DNA of 37,333 nt from Polyangiales bacterium (GTDB taxonomy: Bacteria > Myxococcota_A > Polyangia > Polyangiales > Ga0077539): assembly GCA_046351535.1 (NCBI GenBank), contig JAXLYG010000005.1, positions 1 through 37,333 on the forward strand. The letters are read 5' to 3'. Shown piece by piece: positions 27,326-35,932 of the stretch. The notes below the pieces were generated by a model, which did not search any database, had not been told where the DNA came from, and saw nothing but the letters and a program-made list of their open reading frames with translations. The translations under genes were made by a program, and so were the position numbers. The number at the start of each line of letters is the position of its first letter. Positions within the stretch are counted from its first letter, which is position 1.

Positions 27326-28519
27326 TCAGCTCGCGAGAGACGCCGCGCGATGGGCTTCCCAGGAGCGCACCATCGAGGCGAGCTCGCCCATGCGGTCGGC
27401 CATGTCGTGCGGCGAGCGCCGCGTGGTGTTGTACACGTCGCCCGCGAGGAGCGTCACGATCCCCATGCGCAGGTAGGGCTTCTGGAGCTCGCGCGGCGCG
27501 AGCGCGACGGTCATGAAGTCGTCGGCGTACCAGTGGTCGATGACCTTGCGGAACACGCTCGCGCCGTCGCAGTACTCGCGCTGCCACGCGTCGAGGTCGC
27601 CGCCGTCGAGGGCCGCCGCGAGCTGGCGCGCGCCGTAGAGCCCGAGCAGCACGCCGGAGCTGAACACCGGGTCGATGAAGGTCGCCGCGTCGCCGCAGAG
27701 CGCGAAGCCCTCGCCGTGAAACGTCGTCGAGGTCGCGGTGTAGTCCTGCACGCCGCGGAAGGGGAAGAGCCGCTCGGCCTCGTCGAGCCGCGCCGTCGCG
27801 TCGGGCGACATGGCGATGGCGGCCTTGAAGCGCTCCTCCGCGGTGCCCTTGAGCGGACACGACGGAGACATCACCACGCCCACCGAGGCCACGCCTCCGC
27901 CGAAGGGAATGATCCAGATCCAGCCGCCGGGGATGCAGCAGATCGTGATGTCGCCGGGCTGGTCGGGCGCGAGCTGCTTGACGCCCTTGCAGCGCGTTCC
28001 GATGGCGGCGTTCTTGAGCCGCGCGTCGCCCACGCGCAGGCCGAGCTTGCGAGAGAGCCACATCGTGCGACCGCCCGCGTCGATGATCCGCTCGCCCGTG
28101 AGCGAGCCCGCGGAGGTGTCGAGCCGCCGCGCGGCCACGTCGGCGTCGCGCGCCTCGCCGTACACGATGCGGCAGCCGGCGGCGCGCGCGGCGTCACGCC
28201 AGCGGAGGTCGAAGACCTCGCGCTGCACCTGCCACGCCCACTTGTAGCGAACGGCCTCGGCCTCGGAGAAGTCGAAGCGCACCGACGCGCCGTCGCGGCA
28301 GAACACGGCGCCGTGCTTGACGATGAAGCCGCTCATGTCGAGGCCGCACTCTTCGAAGATGAGCGTCGAGCCGGGGAGCATCGACTCGCCGACGACGCTC
28401 TCGGGACGCTCGACGGACTCGACGAGCGTCACCTTCGCGCCGCGCTTCGAGAGGTAGGTGCCGAGGGCGCACCCCGTGGGGCCTGCGCCGACGATGACGA
28501 AATCGCTCGTGAGGGTCAT
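27326..28519 (-). CDS. Flavin-dependent halogenase (tryptophan-halogenase-like FAD enzyme)
   Basis: FAD-binding VIVGAGPTGCALG (GxGxxG). Halogenase-diagnostic WxWxIP motif (GGWIWIIPF). C-terminal FxxPxxSxG (FIDPVFSSG). 397 aa. Confidence 0.7.
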   Translation of the reverse strand: MTLTSDFVIVGAGPTGCALGTYLSKRGAKVTLVESVERPESVVGESMLPGSTLIFEECGLDMSGFIVKHGAVFCRDGASVRFDFSEAEAVRYKWAWQVQREVFDLRWRDAARAAGCRIVYGEARDADVAARRLDTSAGSLTGERIIDAGGRTMWLSRKLGLRVGDARLKNAAIGTRCKGVKQLAPDQPGDITICCIPGGWIWIIPFGGGVASVGVVMSPSCPLKGTAEERFKAAIAMSPDATARLDEAERLFPFRGVQDYTATSTTFHGEGFALCGDAATFIDPVFSSGVLLGLYGARQLAAALDGGDLDAWQREYCDGASVFRKVIDHWYADDFMTVALAPRELQKPYLRMGIVTLLAGDVYNTTRRSPHDMADRMGELASMVRSWEAHRAASLAS

Positions 28520-28767
28520 GTCGCTCCTTGGAGGTTCTTCGCGACGAGGTCGACGAGGTCGGCCACCGTGCGGATCTTTCGGAGCTCGCGCTCCTCGACG
28601 CGGCGGCCGGTCATCTCCTTGACCTTGACGGCCATGTCGATGGCGTCGATGGAGTCGAGCTCGAGGTCTTCGTAGAGCCTCGCGTCGAGGCGCACGGCGT
28701 CGGGGTCGACCTCGAAGCGGTCGACGAGCGTGCGGGCCATCTCGGCGAAGATCTGCTCGCGGTTCAT
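28516..28767 (-). CDS. Acyl carrier protein (ApeE/ApeF-like) 1
   Basis: 83 aa from MNREQIFAEM. Phosphopantetheine-attachment motif LELDSIDAIDM. ATGA overlap with the halogenase start. Confidence 0.7.
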   Translation of the reverse strand: MNREQIFAEMARTLVDRFEVDPDAVRLDARLYEDLELDSIDAIDMAVKVKEMTGRRVEERELRKIRTVADLVDLVAKNLQGAT

Positions 28768-29030
28768 TTGCCAGCCGGACGGTGCGCCGCGACGTGGGCC
28801 GCGAGGGCGCGCACCGAGGCGAAGATCGCGCGGTTGTTCTCGTCGTCGGCGCGGAGCTTCACGCCGTAGCGCCGCTCGACGGCCATCGCGAGCTCGAGGG
28901 CGTCGATGGAGTCGAGGCCGAGGCCGGTGCCGAAGAGGGCTGCGGCGCTGTCGATCTCCTCGGGACGCACGCTGTCGAGCATGAGTGACTCGACGATCAG
29001 CCGCTTCATTTCGAGTTCGAGGTCTTCCAT
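28764..29030 (-). CDS. Acyl carrier protein 2
   Basis: 88 aa. LGLDSIDALELAMAVE Ser-attachment motif. 4-nt overlap with ACP 1. Confidence 0.75.
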   Translation of the reverse strand: MEDLELEMKRLIVESLMLDSVRPEEIDSAAALFGTGLGLDSIDALELAMAVERRYGVKLRADDENNRAIFASVRALAAHVAAHRPAGK

Positions 29031-29036
29031 GGCGGA

Positions 29037-29870
29037 TCAGGCTTCTACTCCCTCTTTGGGCGCATCGGAAGGCGCTGCGGGGACGTCCTCCGGGTGCGCC
29101 GCCCGCCAGGCGTCGAGGCGCGCGCGGTACATCTCCTGCGCGGCCTTCGCGAGGCGCCGCGCGTCGCCGTCGAAGTCCTCGGGGCGCAGCGTGGCGATGG
29201 GCTCGACCGCGAGCCGCACGAGGCGCTTGGGCAGCGCGTACCAGGGGACGCCCTTCATCAACGTGGGCGGCGTACACGTCACGAGCACGAGCGCCACGGG
29301 CACGCCGGCCCTGCACGCGACCTCGAAGGCTCCGCGCCTGAAGCGCCTCACCCCGCCGGGCGGAGAGCGCGTCCCCTCGGGGAAGATCAGCACGCGGAAG
29401 CCCGCCTCGATGCGCTCGATCGCGCCCTGAATCACCGCCGCGCCCGACATCGCGGCGCCCTCTCCCGCGTCGATGTGCCAGCACGCGCGGAGGATCCGTC
29501 CGACGAAGGGGTTCTCGAAGAGGTCGCTGCGCACGACGGTGCACGCGCCGCCGAGGGCTGCGCCGAGGGCCGTCACGTCGACCAGCGTGGGGTGATTCGC
29601 CACGACCACGCAGGGTCCCTCGGGGAGGCTCAGCGACACCTCGCGCGGGTCGTACCGCATGAGCCGCAGGTGGTGCATGAGCGCGTGAAACTGCTTGAAT
29701 CCACGGCTGATGAGGCTCTGCGCGCGGCGCACGCGCTCGCGCTCGTCGGTGACGCCGCGGCGCGCGAGCGGCAGGAGCGCGTACGACAGCACCAGCGATC
29801 CGACGCCGAAGTACACGAACATCGCGCCGATCAAGACGAGGCGTACGATCCATTCGAGGGGGCGCAGCAT
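29037..29870 (-). CDS. PlsC-type 1-acyl-sn-glycerol-3-phosphate acyltransferase family protein
   Basis: N-terminal TM helices. HxxxxD acyltransferase motif (VVANHPTLVDV). FPEGTRS motif III. Confidence 0.7.
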   Translation of the reverse strand: MLRPLEWIVRLVLIGAMFVYFGVGSLVLSYALLPLARRGVTDERERVRRAQSLISRGFKQFHALMHHLRLMRYDPREVSLSLPEGPCVVVANHPTLVDVTALGAALGGACTVVRSDLFENPFVGRILRACWHIDAGEGAAMSGAAVIQGAIERIEAGFRVLIFPEGTRSPPGGVRRFRRGAFEVACRAGVPVALVLVTCTPPTLMKGVPWYALPKRLVRLAVEPIATLRPEDFDGDARRLAKAAQEMYRARLDAWRAAHPEDVPAAPSDAPKEGVEA

Positions 29871-29921
29871 CGGCGTGTCGTCCAGCGCGGCGCGAGTGAT
29901 ATCACACGCGCTCCGCGGCCG

Positions 29922-30749
29922 TCAGCGACACAGGCGCAGCGCGCCCAGGCGCCCCGAGGCGCAGCGGACCTCGTGTTCGAAGCGCGCTTCTCGGGAAGGG
30001 TCATCGAGCCACGCGGCGAGCTCCACCGCGCCCGACGCGCCGAGCCAGTCGGGGTGCGCGTCGTCGCCGCCGTCGTGCGCACGGAGCGAAGCGTGTTCGA
30101 GCGTCGCGAGGGGCGCACGGCCGCGCGCGCGTACGGCCTCGACAGGTTCGAGCACGAGCGCGACGACGGCCTCCGCGGCAGCGGGTTGCGCGCGTTCGGA
30201 GCGCAGCCGCGCGCGGTCGGGGCCGAGGGTGTCTCCCGCGATGACGAGGGCTCCCTCTGCGCGGCCGAGGGCGATGGCGCGACGGGCCTCGACGAGCGCG
30301 GCGACGGCCGACGCGCGCCCTGCCATCACGGTCGTCGCGTGGCCTCTCACGCCGAGCGCGATGGCGATCTCGCCCGCGGGCGCCGACGGAATCGTCTGCG
30401 CGAAGAGGATCGGGGATGCCCCCTCGGCGCCGCGCTCCACGAGCCCGCGGTGGTATCGCTCGTTGACCTCGGCACAACCGAGCGCGGTGCCCACCACGAC
30501 GGCGAGCGACCGCACGCGATCGGCTTCAATCTCCGCGCGAGAGAGCGCCCGCTGCGCCACGAGGAGCGCGTGGGCGCTCGCGCGATCCATGCGACCCGTG
30601 CGCTCGGGCGCGGCGGGCCAGAGCGCGCGAATGGAGGCCGTGATGCGCGAGGTCTTCACGCCGTCGACCTCGGCCCAGCGCGGCGCGCGCGGAGCCCCTT
30701 CGCCTGCGGCCGAGAGCGCGGCCCACGCGGTGATCGCGAGGTCGCTCAC
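29922..30749 (-). CDS. Beta-ketoacyl synthase-like chain-length-factor-type protein (no obvious active-site Cys); start at GTG 30749 overlapping the KS stop
   Basis: About 275 aa from VSDLAITAWAALSAAG. Thiolase-fold-like sequence (VVVGTALGCAEV...GVRGHATTVMAG) lacking the T-A-C-S/T catalytic context. The upstream 35 aa of the listed ORF are junk. Confidence 0.55.
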   Translation of the reverse strand: MSDLAITAWAALSAAGEGAPRAPRWAEVDGVKTSRITASIRALWPAAPERTGRMDRASAHALLVAQRALSRAEIEADRVRSLAVVVGTALGCAEVNERYHRGLVERGAEGASPILFAQTIPSAPAGEIAIALGVRGHATTVMAGRASAVAALVEARRAIALGRAEGALVIAGDTLGPDRARLRSERAQPAAAEAVVALVLEPVEAVRARGRAPLATLEHASLRAHDGGDDAHPDWLGASGAVELAAWLDDPSREARFEHEVRCASGRLGALRLCR

Positions 30750-31936
30750 GGGGCACCGATCACGAGCGCGGTGTTGTGTCCCGCCATCGCGGCGTTGAGC
30801 GAGAGCGCGACGCCCTCTCGCATCGCCGTGGGCGCGGGGTCGACGGTGAGCCACGCGAGCGAAGGGTCACGCTCCCGCGGCGTGTGCGTCGGCGGACGTA
30901 CGCGGTGACGCAGCGCCTCGACGCAGAGCGCGACCTCGACGAGCCCCGAGGCGCCGAGGGTGTGTCCCGTCACGGGCTTCAAGCCGTGTACGGGCGGCGC
31001 CGTGTCGCCGAAGACCGCTCGCAGCGCGGCGGCCTCCATCGCGTCGTTGAAGCGCGTCGAGGTCGCGTGCGCGCTCACCCACGCGACGTCGGCGTTCGAT
31101 GCGTTCGCCTCGCGCAGCGCGTGTGTGACGGCCCGCGCGAGCCCGGCCCCCGTGCGATCGGGCGCGGTCATGTGAACGCCGTCGCCCGAGGTTCCGCCGC
31201 CGAGGTAGCGCGCCACCGCGGGGCCGTCGCGCGTGAGGAGCACCGCGGCCGCGGCCTCGCCGAGCCACATGCCCGCGCGATCCACGGCGAAGGGAGCGGG
31301 CGGCGCCGTGTCGGGCGTGAGCGCGCAGAGCCGATCGAAGCCCGCGTGGACGAAGCGGCAGAGCACATCGACGCCGATCACCAGCGCGGCGTCGATCTCG
31401 CCGAGCCGCAGCGCGTCGGCGGCCTGCATGAGCGCGGCTGCCGAAGAGGTACACGCGGTGCTCACGGTGACCACCTCGCCGCGAAGTCCGAGGGCGCGCG
31501 CCACGGCGGGCGCGGTGTCGTCGTGGCCCACGCGCGAGGGCGCGACGGGAAGCGCCTCTCCGCGCGTGAGGGCGCGGTGCCAGGGCTCCCACGCGACGAC
31601 AGCGCCGAGGCTCGTCCCGACGAAGAGGGCGGTGTCGGGCGAGAGCGCTTGACCGCGGAGCGCGTCGTCGACGGCGGCGAGCGCGAGCTGCGTGGCGCGG
31701 TCGAGGCCGGGCCAGCGCGCGTCGATGGCGGCCCAGATCGACGGCGCGATGAGGGCCGCGTTGCGCACCGCGAAATCGTGGGTGTCGTAGCGGTCGACGG
31801 GGGCGGCGAGGGGCGCGGCGGCGAGGGTGGCGCGCCAGAGGGCGTCGAGGCCCACGCCCGCGGCGGAGACCGCGCCGACGCGACGGATCGAGAGCGGCGC
31901 GCGCGCGTGTGTGGCGTCGGGCTTCTCGTGGGTCAT
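30746..31936 (-). CDS. Beta-ketoacyl-ACP synthase (type II KS, ApeO/ApeR-like)
   Basis: 396 aa. Active-site Cys in VSTACTSS. His residues in GDGVHMTAP and GHTLGASG. C-terminal GHNTALVIG. Confidence 0.8.
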   Translation of the reverse strand: MTHEKPDATHARAPLSIRRVGAVSAAGVGLDALWRATLAAAPLAAPVDRYDTHDFAVRNAALIAPSIWAAIDARWPGLDRATQLALAAVDDALRGQALSPDTALFVGTSLGAVVAWEPWHRALTRGEALPVAPSRVGHDDTAPAVARALGLRGEVVTVSTACTSSAAALMQAADALRLGEIDAALVIGVDVLCRFVHAGFDRLCALTPDTAPPAPFAVDRAGMWLGEAAAAVLLTRDGPAVARYLGGGTSGDGVHMTAPDRTGAGLARAVTHALREANASNADVAWVSAHATSTRFNDAMEAAALRAVFGDTAPPVHGLKPVTGHTLGASGLVEVALCVEALRHRVRPPTHTPRERDPSLAWLTVDPAPTAMREGVALSLNAAMAGHNTALVIGAP

Positions 31937-32057
31937 CGGCGGGGTGCCGGCGACGCTACGACCGCGCGAAATGCGGCGTCAACGGAGACCCTCGGACGAA
32001 GGCCGCCGGGTCGCTGGCGGCGCAGCGAGAAACCGCGCAGAATCCCGGGCTGCGCTT
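31937..32057. promoter_or_regulatory. Divergent intergenic region between the KS operon (minus) and a lipoprotein gene (plus)
   Basis: 121-nt gap between divergent starts. Likely contains the promoter of the long minus-strand biosynthetic operon. No motif confidently identified. Confidence 0.25.
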
Positions 32058-33023
32058 ATGAACGTACGAACGATCGCGTGGGTAGGCATGGCGGTGGCCT
32101 CGCTCGGATGCGCGAGCACCGTCGACGGGACCTGGGGCAGCGCGCGGGACGCCGGTCGCGACGTGCCGCCGGGGGTGAACCCCACGGGCGTAGACCCGTT
32201 TCGGCCCGTCGACGCGGGGCCGATCCTCGTCGATGGGAGCACCGACACGGGGACGTGGCAGCTCCCCGACGCGTCGGTCTTCGACCAGCGCTACGCGTAC
32301 CTCTACGTCGGGAGCTACCTCAACACGGGCCTCGAAGGGGCCTATGCGAGCGCGGAGTTCCGGTTGTTTCCGAGGCCCGAAGACACGCGCTGCGAGTACG
32401 TGAGCGCGGGCAACTGGGACATGCTCACCTGCGACGAGGAGGCCGAGGCCCCGCGCGACACGCACCCGGAGCCCTTCCCCCAAGCGGGTCCCATCACCGT
32501 TCGCGGCGGCACCGAGCCCGTCTCGCTCAACCCCAACCGCAACGGGCAGTACGCGTACTTCTACGAGCCGCGCCCCGTGTTTCACGGCCCCGCTCGCATC
32601 GAGATCCGCGCCGTCGGCACGGCCTCCGTGCCCGCGTTCTCGGTCATGGTCGACGTGCCGTCGCCCCTCACGCTCACGTCCCCGGTCATCACCCGCGGCG
32701 TGCCCGTCCCCATCTCGACGACCCAGGACCTCACGATCTCGTGGGTGCCCTCCGACGCGCGGTCGATCTACGTGAACATCTCTGCGATCGGCCGTGTTTC
32801 AGGGCGTCGCCACTCGGTGCGCGCGCTCGCGGAGTTCCCCGGCGCGGCGGGTCGAGGCACCATCCCCGCCCGCGCGCTGCGGGCCTTCACCACGCTCTCG
32901 GCGTTGGAGTCTCAGAACTTCAGCGTGTCGCCGCAGAACCTCAGCACGCAGCGCATCGGCGCCTGGCCCGTGCAGGTCACCACCTCGGGCCTCGGCGTCA
33001 GCGTCGACGCCTCGATCCGCTGA
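32058..33023 (+). CDS. Secreted lipoprotein of unknown function
   Basis: Internal Met gives MNVRTIAWVGMAVASLGC (lipobox LGC). About 320 aa, Pro/Thr/Val-rich, protein-like composition. The upstream 77 aa of the listed ORF are Arg-rich junk. Confidence 0.5.
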   Translation: MNVRTIAWVGMAVASLGCASTVDGTWGSARDAGRDVPPGVNPTGVDPFRPVDAGPILVDGSTDTGTWQLPDASVFDQRYAYLYVGSYLNTGLEGAYASAEFRLFPRPEDTRCEYVSAGNWDMLTCDEEAEAPRDTHPEPFPQAGPITVRGGTEPVSLNPNRNGQYAYFYEPRPVFHGPARIEIRAVGTASVPAFSVMVDVPSPLTLTSPVITRGVPVPISTTQDLTISWVPSDARSIYVNISAIGRVSGRRHSVRALAEFPGAAGRGTIPARALRAFTTLSALESQNFSVSPQNLSTQRIGAWPVQVTTSGLGVSVDASIR

Positions 33024-33027
33024 ACCT

Positions 33028-34404
33028 TCACCGAAGCGGCGTCTGGCTGGGAGGCGTCGGCGGCGTGTCGTGCGCGTGCGAGCGCCGACGGAGCGCGCGC
33101 GGGACCGTGTCGACCGGGGAATGCGGCGCCGTCGCTTCGACGGGCGCGATGCGCGTGTCGGGGATGAGCTCCACCGAGGCGTCGACGCGGAGCTCGGGGC
33201 CCATGAAGGCCGCCGACGAGGGCGCCACGACGCGCGCCACCGGGACGACCAGCGCCGGCGCGCCCGACGGAGACGAGCGCCACTGCGCCGCGAGCATCCC
33301 CGCGGCGGCGGCCACGACGAGCGAGGCCACGAACGAGCGCTTCGACCGCTGGCTGAGCTTCACCGCCGAGGGGCGCGACGAGCGCGTGGTGGGCACGTTG
33401 CTCGCGACGCGCTCGGGGATCGCCGCGAGGGCGGCCTCGATCATCGCGGGGGGCACGAGCGGCGTGGGCATCTCCGAGGGGTGCTGCCCGGCGCGCGGTT
33501 CGAAGACGGGCATCCACGCGGCGCGGGTGCGGCGCGGCGCCAGCGGCAGCAGCTCGCGCGCCATGTGAGCCACCGTGGGAAAGCGGTCGACGGCCTCGCG
33601 CTGGAGCGCACGATCGACGACGCCCACGAACTCGATGGGGACGAGCACCGAGACCGAGCGCAGCGAGCGCGGCGTGCCCTCGACGATCTCCTTCATGAGC
33701 CCGTACATCGACTCGCTTTCGAAGGGCAGGATGCCCGTCACGCATTCGAAGAGGATCACCCCGAGCGCGAACTGATCGGCGCGCGCGTCGACCTCGCGAG
33801 GGTTCGCGATCTGCTCGGGCGACATGTACTCGGGCGTTCCGAAGACGTTGTCGGTGGCCGTGAGCCGCGCCGTGCGGCCCTGGATGTTGAGCTTCGAAAT
33901 ACCGAAGTCGACCACCTTGGGCACCACCACCCCGTCGCGCGTCGTCGAGAGAAAGATGTTCTCTGGCTTGAGATCGCGGTGCACGATGTCCTCGTTGTGC
34001 GCCGCGTTCACGGCCGCCAGCACGGGGATCATCACCTCGAGCGTGCGGCCCACGCTGAGCCTCCGCTCGCGGCCGATCATGTCCGCGAGCGACTCGCCTT
34101 CGAGGTACTCCATCACGAGGTAGGCGAGGTTGCCGTGGCGCCCCACGTCGAACACGTCGACCGCGTGGGGGTGGCGGATCTTCGAGGCGGCGATGCCCTC
34201 GCGCAGAAAGCGCTCCTTGATCTCGGCGTTCTTCGCGAACTCGGGCTTGAGCGTCTTGATCGCGACGCGCTTCTTCAGCTCGACGTGCTCGGCCTCGTAG
34301 ACGGCACCCATGCCTCCGGTGCCGATCATGCGAACGATCTTGAAGTGCCCGATCTTCGTGCCCGGCAGCAGTCCCAACGTCTCCAGGTCCATCGGAGCCT
34401 CCAA
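33028..34404 (-). CDS. Hanks-type Ser/Thr protein kinase with C-terminal TM segment and Pro-rich tail
   Basis: GTGGMGAVYEA (GxGxxG). VAIK. HRDLKPENIFL catalytic loop. DFGIS. GTPEYMSPE activation/P+1 loop. Hydrophobic FVASLVVAAAAGMLAAQW later. Confidence 0.8.
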   Translation of the reverse strand: MEAPMDLETLGLLPGTKIGHFKIVRMIGTGGMGAVYEAEHVELKKRVAIKTLKPEFAKNAEIKERFLREGIAASKIRHPHAVDVFDVGRHGNLAYLVMEYLEGESLADMIGRERRLSVGRTLEVMIPVLAAVNAAHNEDIVHRDLKPENIFLSTTRDGVVVPKVVDFGISKLNIQGRTARLTATDNVFGTPEYMSPEQIANPREVDARADQFALGVILFECVTGILPFESESMYGLMKEIVEGTPRSLRSVSVLVPIEFVGVVDRALQREAVDRFPTVAHMARELLPLAPRRTRAAWMPVFEPRAGQHPSEMPTPLVPPAMIEAALAAIPERVASNVPTTRSSRPSAVKLSQRSKRSFVASLVVAAAAGMLAAQWRSSPSGAPALVVPVARVVAPSSAAFMGPELRVDASVELIPDTRIAPVEATAPHSPVDTVPRALRRRSHAHDTPPTPPSQTPLR

Positions 34405-34491
34405 GGGGACAGAACGGCCACCGATGGCGTTTCTTGAACGAGGAACGAACGATTCTCGCGAGATGCTGAAATCCCTTGAATTCCAGCGCTC

Positions 34492-35814
34492 CTACTCGGC
34501 GAATCGGTAGAGTGCGCCGTCTCTCTGACCGCCCGCGTAGAGGGCGTTCTGGTAGACCGCGAGGGGCGCCGCGCAGAACACGTCGGTCACGTCGAAGGGC
34601 CCCCGACCGCGCGCGTCGACGGGAACCTCGGCCACGCGCGACGGCATCGTGGTGTCGATGCGCCACAGGCCCCGCGAGGTGAGCACCACGAGCGCGTCGC
34701 GGAAGCGCGTCACGTCCGTCGGCACCCCGGCCCCCTCGGGCAGCGCGACGTAGCTCCACCGGTCGCCGTCCTCGGTGACGCGCAGCGAGACGACGTTGGT
34801 GCCGCGCTCGTACGCGAGCCAGTAGAGCCTCCCCCGGTCGGCGTACCAGCGGAGGGTGAGGGCGCCGCCGTTGGTGGTGACCCTCGCGGGGTGCATGTCC
34901 ATGCGCGTGAGGTTCGTCGCGCGCGCCGGAGGCTGCGCCCACACGTAGTCGTTCTGCTCCGCGCCCGCGTAGTCCTGGATGCCCATGAAGAGCCTCCCCC
35001 GGAAGCGCACCATGTAGCCCAGGCGCCACACGCCCTGCGGCCAGGGGTAGGGATAATCGACCTCGTAGGTCCATCGCGCGAGCGTCGCGTCGGCCACGTG
35101 GAGCGCCCCCGGCGAGGGCCCGTACCACGCCCGCTCGCGCGGAGGCACGGAGCCCGTCGCGGCGTAGAGCCGCCCGCGAAAACGGATCACATCGAGGACG
35201 TGGTAGGCCCTCGGGAGCACGGCCGCGCCCGCTCTCCCCGCGGCGTCGGGGGCCGCGGGAGGTCTCAGCCGCGGGCCGCGCGGAGGCGCGAAGACGCCGC
35301 TGCGATCGGAGATGAAGACGAAGCCCTCGGTGCCCGGGTCCGAGATCCCGAAGCCGTTGTAGGGCGGGTCGGCGTCGGGCACGAAGAGTCGCCCGTCGAT
35401 GGCGTGCACGCGCACGAAGCCCTGGCCGCCACCTCCGCCGTTGGTGGGCTGCCCCGGTCGGTTCCAATCGAAGGCGATGGAGAACGGCTCTGGCGTACCG
35501 GGCGCGTAGCGCGTGAGCGTCGCGCCGTCGGATCCGAGCGGCGCGTTCGCGTGCGCCGCGTAGAGCGCGCCGCCGAAGGGCGTGAGGTCGCACACCCGCC
35601 GCAGCGCCCGCGGCGCCCTGCCGACGCGCTCGAGCCTCAACCTCGCGGGGAGCGCGCCGGTGCCCGTGTCCTCGGGGTCGTCGTTGCCGTCGACGTCGCC
35701 CGCGGCCTCATCCTGCGGGTTGCGCTGCGCCGACGCGGTCGACGCGCCGCCCATGGCGAGGCAGAACCACGACAACCAAAGAACCGTCGCGCGCGACGCC
35801 AGCATGCGGCGCAT
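34492..35814 (-). CDS. Secreted protein of unknown function (start at internal Met with signal peptide)
   Basis: MRRMLASRATVLWLSWFCLAMGGASTASAQ signal peptide. Trp/Tyr/Gly-rich repeats (WYADRGRLYWLAYE, YAATGS) suggest a beta-rich fold. Gly run GGGGGQG. Confidence 0.45.
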   Translation of the reverse strand: MRRMLASRATVLWLSWFCLAMGGASTASAQRNPQDEAAGDVDGNDDPEDTGTGALPARLRLERVGRAPRALRRVCDLTPFGGALYAAHANAPLGSDGATLTRYAPGTPEPFSIAFDWNRPGQPTNGGGGGQGFVRVHAIDGRLFVPDADPPYNGFGISDPGTEGFVFISDRSGVFAPPRGPRLRPPAAPDAAGRAGAAVLPRAYHVLDVIRFRGRLYAATGSVPPRERAWYGPSPGALHVADATLARWTYEVDYPYPWPQGVWRLGYMVRFRGRLFMGIQDYAGAEQNDYVWAQPPARATNLTRMDMHPARVTTNGGALTLRWYADRGRLYWLAYERGTNVVSLRVTEDGDRWSYVALPEGAGVPTDVTRFRDALVVLTSRGLWRIDTTMPSRVAEVPVDARGRGPFDVTDVFCAAPLAVYQNALYAGGQRDGALYRFAE

Positions 35815-35932
35815 CGTACCGCGGGCACCCCGATCTCGGCGACGGATCGACGCCGTGTGGCGTTCGCGCGCGAACGATGCGATCACCCAACGCCCCAACG
35901 TCTCCTACACCCCGCTTCAAAGGTCTCACCGA
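35815..35932. promoter_or_regulatory. Divergent intergenic region between the secreted-protein gene (minus) and the MFS transporter gene (plus)
   Basis: 118-nt non-coding gap between divergent start codons. Confidence 0.2.
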
